Shown here: positions 7,287-10,135 of the stretch, piece by piece
Layout: the number at the start of each line of letters is the position of its first letter
Position numbering within the stretch: the stretch's first letter is position 1
Assembly: GCA_011364975.1 (NCBI GenBank)
Contig: RDOE01000107.1
Location: 1-10,135, forward strand
Direction of reading: 5' to 3'
Source: Promethearchaeota archaeon
GTDB lineage: Archaea; Asgardarchaeota; Lokiarchaeia; Sigyniarchaeales; SOKP01
DNA: 10,135 nt
Notes under the pieces: model-generated
The model's input: the letters and a program-made list of their open reading frames with translations, nothing else
The model's database searches: none
What the model was told of the DNA's origin: nothing
Made by a program: the position numbers and the translations under genes

Positions 7287-9734
7287 ATGGTAGTTCAAGA
7301 TTTGAAGATGACCCCTCTTCAAGGGATACCTTCAGAGAGGGTCCGAAAGATTAGAGATAGAATGCTCTCTATGCCTCGAGAGCTTGATCTTGAGCGTGCT
7401 CGATGTTATACAAGAATATATAAACAAATGGAAGATGCTCCTCCTTGTATGAGGAATGTCAAAGCATTAGAAGAATTTTTACGCTGTCTACCAATAAGAA
7501 TTGATGAAGATGAGCTTCTCGTGGGTGTAAAATCTAGTAAAGTTAGAGCTGATCCAATAGAAATAGAACGGGGAATGCGTGTTAAACTTTTGGGACTTGT
7601 CGTTAGTGAAAAAATAGATCCAAAAGTTAAAGCGATGCTTATTTCAAAAATTTCTTTTATTAACCGATACGCACCTTTGACTGAAGAAGAAATGAAAGAG
7701 TTGAGGGATGAAATTCTGCCTTTCTGGGATGGAAGAACGGTAGCAGATAAAAAGATAGAAAATTGGAAAAAGGCGGGTTTAGTTGAGGATCCAAAGGGAC
7801 CTATCCCTTCAATGCTACTCATTAGTTTTGGGAGCGGTACTGATTTGTTTGCTGGTTCTTCGGGTCAAGGACATGTTATTCCAGGTTATAGGCGAGTTCT
7901 TAAAATGGGATTTCGAGGAATTGAAAAGATGGCGGAAGAGGGACTCGCCAAACTCAATGAGACAGATGAAAAGTATGACCAGCGCAAAGATTTTTATGAA
8001 TCAGTAATTGTTGCTGCACGAGCGGTTTGTGATTATTCCAATCGCTATGTTGATCTCGCAATAGAAATGGCGGAAAATGCATCAGAAACAAGAAAAGCTG
8101 AGCTGTTAGATATTGCTGAACGTGCAAGACGGGTACCTGCACTACCACCTAGAACGTTTATGGAAGCCCTTCAGTCAATTTGGTTTACGAATGTAGTGAT
8201 GGAGATGAGCTATGGTGAAGGGAATATATTCTCTCAAGGACGAGTTGATCAATATCTTTATCCATATTACGCAGATGACTTAGCAGAAGGTCGTATTACT
8301 TATGAGGAAGCGGTAGAAGCAATTGAGGAATATTTAGTTAAACTTTCTTCTGTTGTTATAGCCGGACAGAACAATGTAACTATTGGGGGATTAGATAAGG
8401 ATGGAAAGGATGCCACTAATGATGTATCTTACATGTTCCTCGAAGCCATTTCTAACGTAAAAAGTTTATTGAATACTTTATCAATAAGAATTTCTTCAAA
8501 GTCTCCCCGTGATTTTCTGAAAAGAACTCTTGAAGCTTTTAAATATACAGCTGGAATGGGAATTCATAATGATGAGGTCTTAGTACCACAACTTCATGAT
8601 ACAGGATATTCATTAGAAGATGCCCGAGATTATTCCATCGTTGGTTGCGTAGAACCACATGGCACAGGGAATGACTTCTCTTATACTGCAGGTAATGCAG
8701 TTCAGATTTCAATCCTTTTAAACATGGCTTTAAATGAAGGCCGTACACTTTTATCAGGAAAAGAGACTGTTGGGGCAAAAACACCCCCGGCTAGTACTTT
8801 CAAAACTTTTGAAGATGTAAAAAAGGCGTTTGTAGACCAACTTAAATTCGCGATAGATCTTTGCGTAAGAAAGGCTGAGATAAAAGATAAAACATTTGCA
8901 GAATATTTGCCTTCTCCGTTACTTTCTTCTTCAATAGAGGGATGTCTCGAAAGTGGAATGGATGCAACTCGAAATGGAGCTAAATATAATAATAACCCAA
9001 TGGGCTCACAAGGGCTTGGTACTGTGGTTGATTCCTTAGCAGCGATTCGGTGGGCAGTATTTGAAGAAAAATTAGTTACCATGGAAGAATTAGTAAACTT
9101 CATGAATAAAAATTTCAAGGGGGCCGAAGAACTTCGGGAAAAATTACGAAATAAAGCTCCCAAATTTGGTAATGGTGATGAAAGAACCGATGAATTAGGC
9201 AGATGGGTAGCTCAAACTCTATGTGATCTTACAAGACATTATAAAGCGAGAGGCGGAGATGGTATCTATCATAATTGCCTTGTATCTTCTGGAACACAGA
9301 TTATAGAGGGTAATTCATTAGGTGCAACCGCAGATGGTAGATTAAAAGGTGAACCCGTAGCGAACGGTATCTCTCCTTCAAATGGCACAGAAAAGAATGG
9401 CCTTACGATGACACTCAAATCAGTAGCTTATGCGACAGCTGAACCTCATTTAACTAATGGAGCATCATTTAATATTAGATTAAATCCAAGTATTCTTCAA
9501 ACAGATGAAGGCCTCGATCAATTAACGTCAATAGTAGAGGCATACTTAGACTTAGGAGGACGAGAGCTTCAAATAAATCCAATAAGTTCAGAAACTCTTA
9601 GAGACGCGCAAGCTCATCCAGAGAATTATCCTGACTTATCAGTTAAAGTAACAGGTTACTCCGCTCGATTCATTGATTTAACAAAAGAGCTTCAAGATGA
9701 TATCATCGCAAGAACAGTATTTAATGAAGTATAG
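7287..9734 (+). CDS. Glycyl radical enzyme (PFL2/glycerol dehydratase-like family), substrate unknown
   Basis: 815 aa with ERARCYT...LPIRIDEDELLVG, GHVIPGY (His196), PPRTFMEALQ..WF, GRVDQYLYPYY, a Cys loop IVGCVEP (Cys454), GATADGR..G.P.A.G.SP and a C-terminal Gly loop HPENYPDLSVKVTGYSARF (Gly790). It has a single active-site Cys, so it is not canonical PflB. Confidence 0.95.
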   Translation: MVVQDLKMTPLQGIPSERVRKIRDRMLSMPRELDLERARCYTRIYKQMEDAPPCMRNVKALEEFLRCLPIRIDEDELLVGVKSSKVRADPIEIERGMRVKLLGLVVSEKIDPKVKAMLISKISFINRYAPLTEEEMKELRDEILPFWDGRTVADKKIENWKKAGLVEDPKGPIPSMLLISFGSGTDLFAGSSGQGHVIPGYRRVLKMGFRGIEKMAEEGLAKLNETDEKYDQRKDFYESVIVAARAVCDYSNRYVDLAIEMAENASETRKAELLDIAERARRVPALPPRTFMEALQSIWFTNVVMEMSYGEGNIFSQGRVDQYLYPYYADDLAEGRITYEEAVEAIEEYLVKLSSVVIAGQNNVTIGGLDKDGKDATNDVSYMFLEAISNVKSLLNTLSIRISSKSPRDFLKRTLEAFKYTAGMGIHNDEVLVPQLHDTGYSLEDARDYSIVGCVEPHGTGNDFSYTAGNAVQISILLNMALNEGRTLLSGKETVGAKTPPASTFKTFEDVKKAFVDQLKFAIDLCVRKAEIKDKTFAEYLPSPLLSSSIEGCLESGMDATRNGAKYNNNPMGSQGLGTVVDSLAAIRWAVFEEKLVTMEELVNFMNKNFKGAEELREKLRNKAPKFGNGDERTDELGRWVAQTLCDLTRHYKARGGDGIYHNCLVSSGTQIIEGNSLGATADGRLKGEPVANGISPSNGTEKNGLTMTLKSVAYATAEPHLTNGASFNIRLNPSILQTDEGLDQLTSIVEAYLDLGGRELQINPISSETLRDAQAHPENYPDLSVKVTGYSARFIDLTKELQDDIIARTVFNEV

Positions 9735-9736
9735 AC

Positions 9737-9766
9737 TTTTACTTTTTTTTATATTTTTATTTTTTT
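9737..9766 (+). terminator. Oligo-T tract, probable archaeal-type terminator of the GRE gene
   Basis: ttttacttttttttatatttttatttttttg begins 2 nt after the TAG stop. No GC hairpin is present. Confidence 0.6.
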
Positions 9767-9817
9767 GAAAACGAGTATTACCTTATTTAGGCTAATATTA
9801 AAAAATTAACATTGCAT

Positions 9818-10135
9818 TTAACGAGTTAAACCAGACCACTTAACATTTCTAGCACCAGTATTTGATGCAATTTCAAGAAATTTATCCATCTCCTCTACTG
9901 TCATTAAACGCTCATCCTTTAAAATCCATGTTATACCTAGTCTTGAATATTTTATTTCGCAGAGTTTATTGAAACTTAATAAGTCCCATTTATCAGGTAT
10001 GTTATTTAATTCATTAACAATAAATTGTCCAATTCTTTTTATATTCTCTTCTGTTGCCGTGTAATGGGGTATTATCGGTGTTCTTATCCACATTATTTTT
10101 CCGTTTTCTTTGACATATTCAGCCATCCATTTAGC
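9818..10135 (-). CDS. Glycyl-radical enzyme activating enzyme (radical SAM, PflA/PflC-like); 3' part only
   Basis: The frame stays open to the window end (..AKWMAEYVK..), so ATG 10126 is probably internal. The sequence MWIRTPIIPHYTATEENIKRIGQFI...WDLLSFNKLCEIKYSRLG matches the C-terminal activase pattern (IRxPxIPgxnd.xeni...eLLpyh.lg..KY..LG). It lies next to a GRE. The CxxxCxxC motif would be outside the window. Confidence 0.85.
   Translation of the reverse strand, partial: AKWMAEYVKENGKIMWIRTPIIPHYTATEENIKRIGQFIVNELNNIPDKWDLLSFNKLCEIKYSRLGITWILKDERLMTVEEMDKFLEIASNTGARNVKWSGLTR

Noticed and set aside
7406-9163. ORFs 7406-7822, 7783-8007, 7954-8148, 8539-8784 and 8702-9163
   Set aside because: All lie within the GRE gene (antisense or alternate frame) and have no independent motifs.
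7287-9734. Calling the GRE pyruvate formate-lyase (pflB) or choline TMA-lyase (cutC)
   Set aside because: It lacks the adjacent Cys-Cys pair of PFL. GCVEP alone is not diagnostic for CutC, and no microcompartment or cut genes are nearby.

Overview
AT-rich window that looks archaeal: BRE/TATA-like promoter boxes, an oligo-T terminator and a sequon-rich extracellular binding protein. An Asgard/Lokiarchaeia-like origin is my inference and was not checked. It holds a Dpp/Opp-family (PepT) ABC importer locus. A family-5 substrate-binding protein gene on the minus strand (start 791, running off the left edge, absent from the ORF track) is divergent from an operon of an unknown 4-TM protein, two permeases and two ATPases. 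A glycyl radical enzyme (GRE, GCVEP type, not classical PFL) follows, then the 3' end of a convergent GRE-activating radical SAM enzyme. Main points: (1) the binding-protein and GRE genes share one promoter cassette, TTTAAATAT-N14/15-TTTAAATA-AATTTACG(N)CGTAAATT, suggesting an uptake plus radical-catabolism regulon for an unknown substrate. (2) Both ABC ATPases carry N-terminal multi-TM domains, one with an apparent internal duplication. (3) dppD probably starts at ATT and dppC possibly at ATA. (4) The GRE has an atypical Gly loop (KVTGYS).
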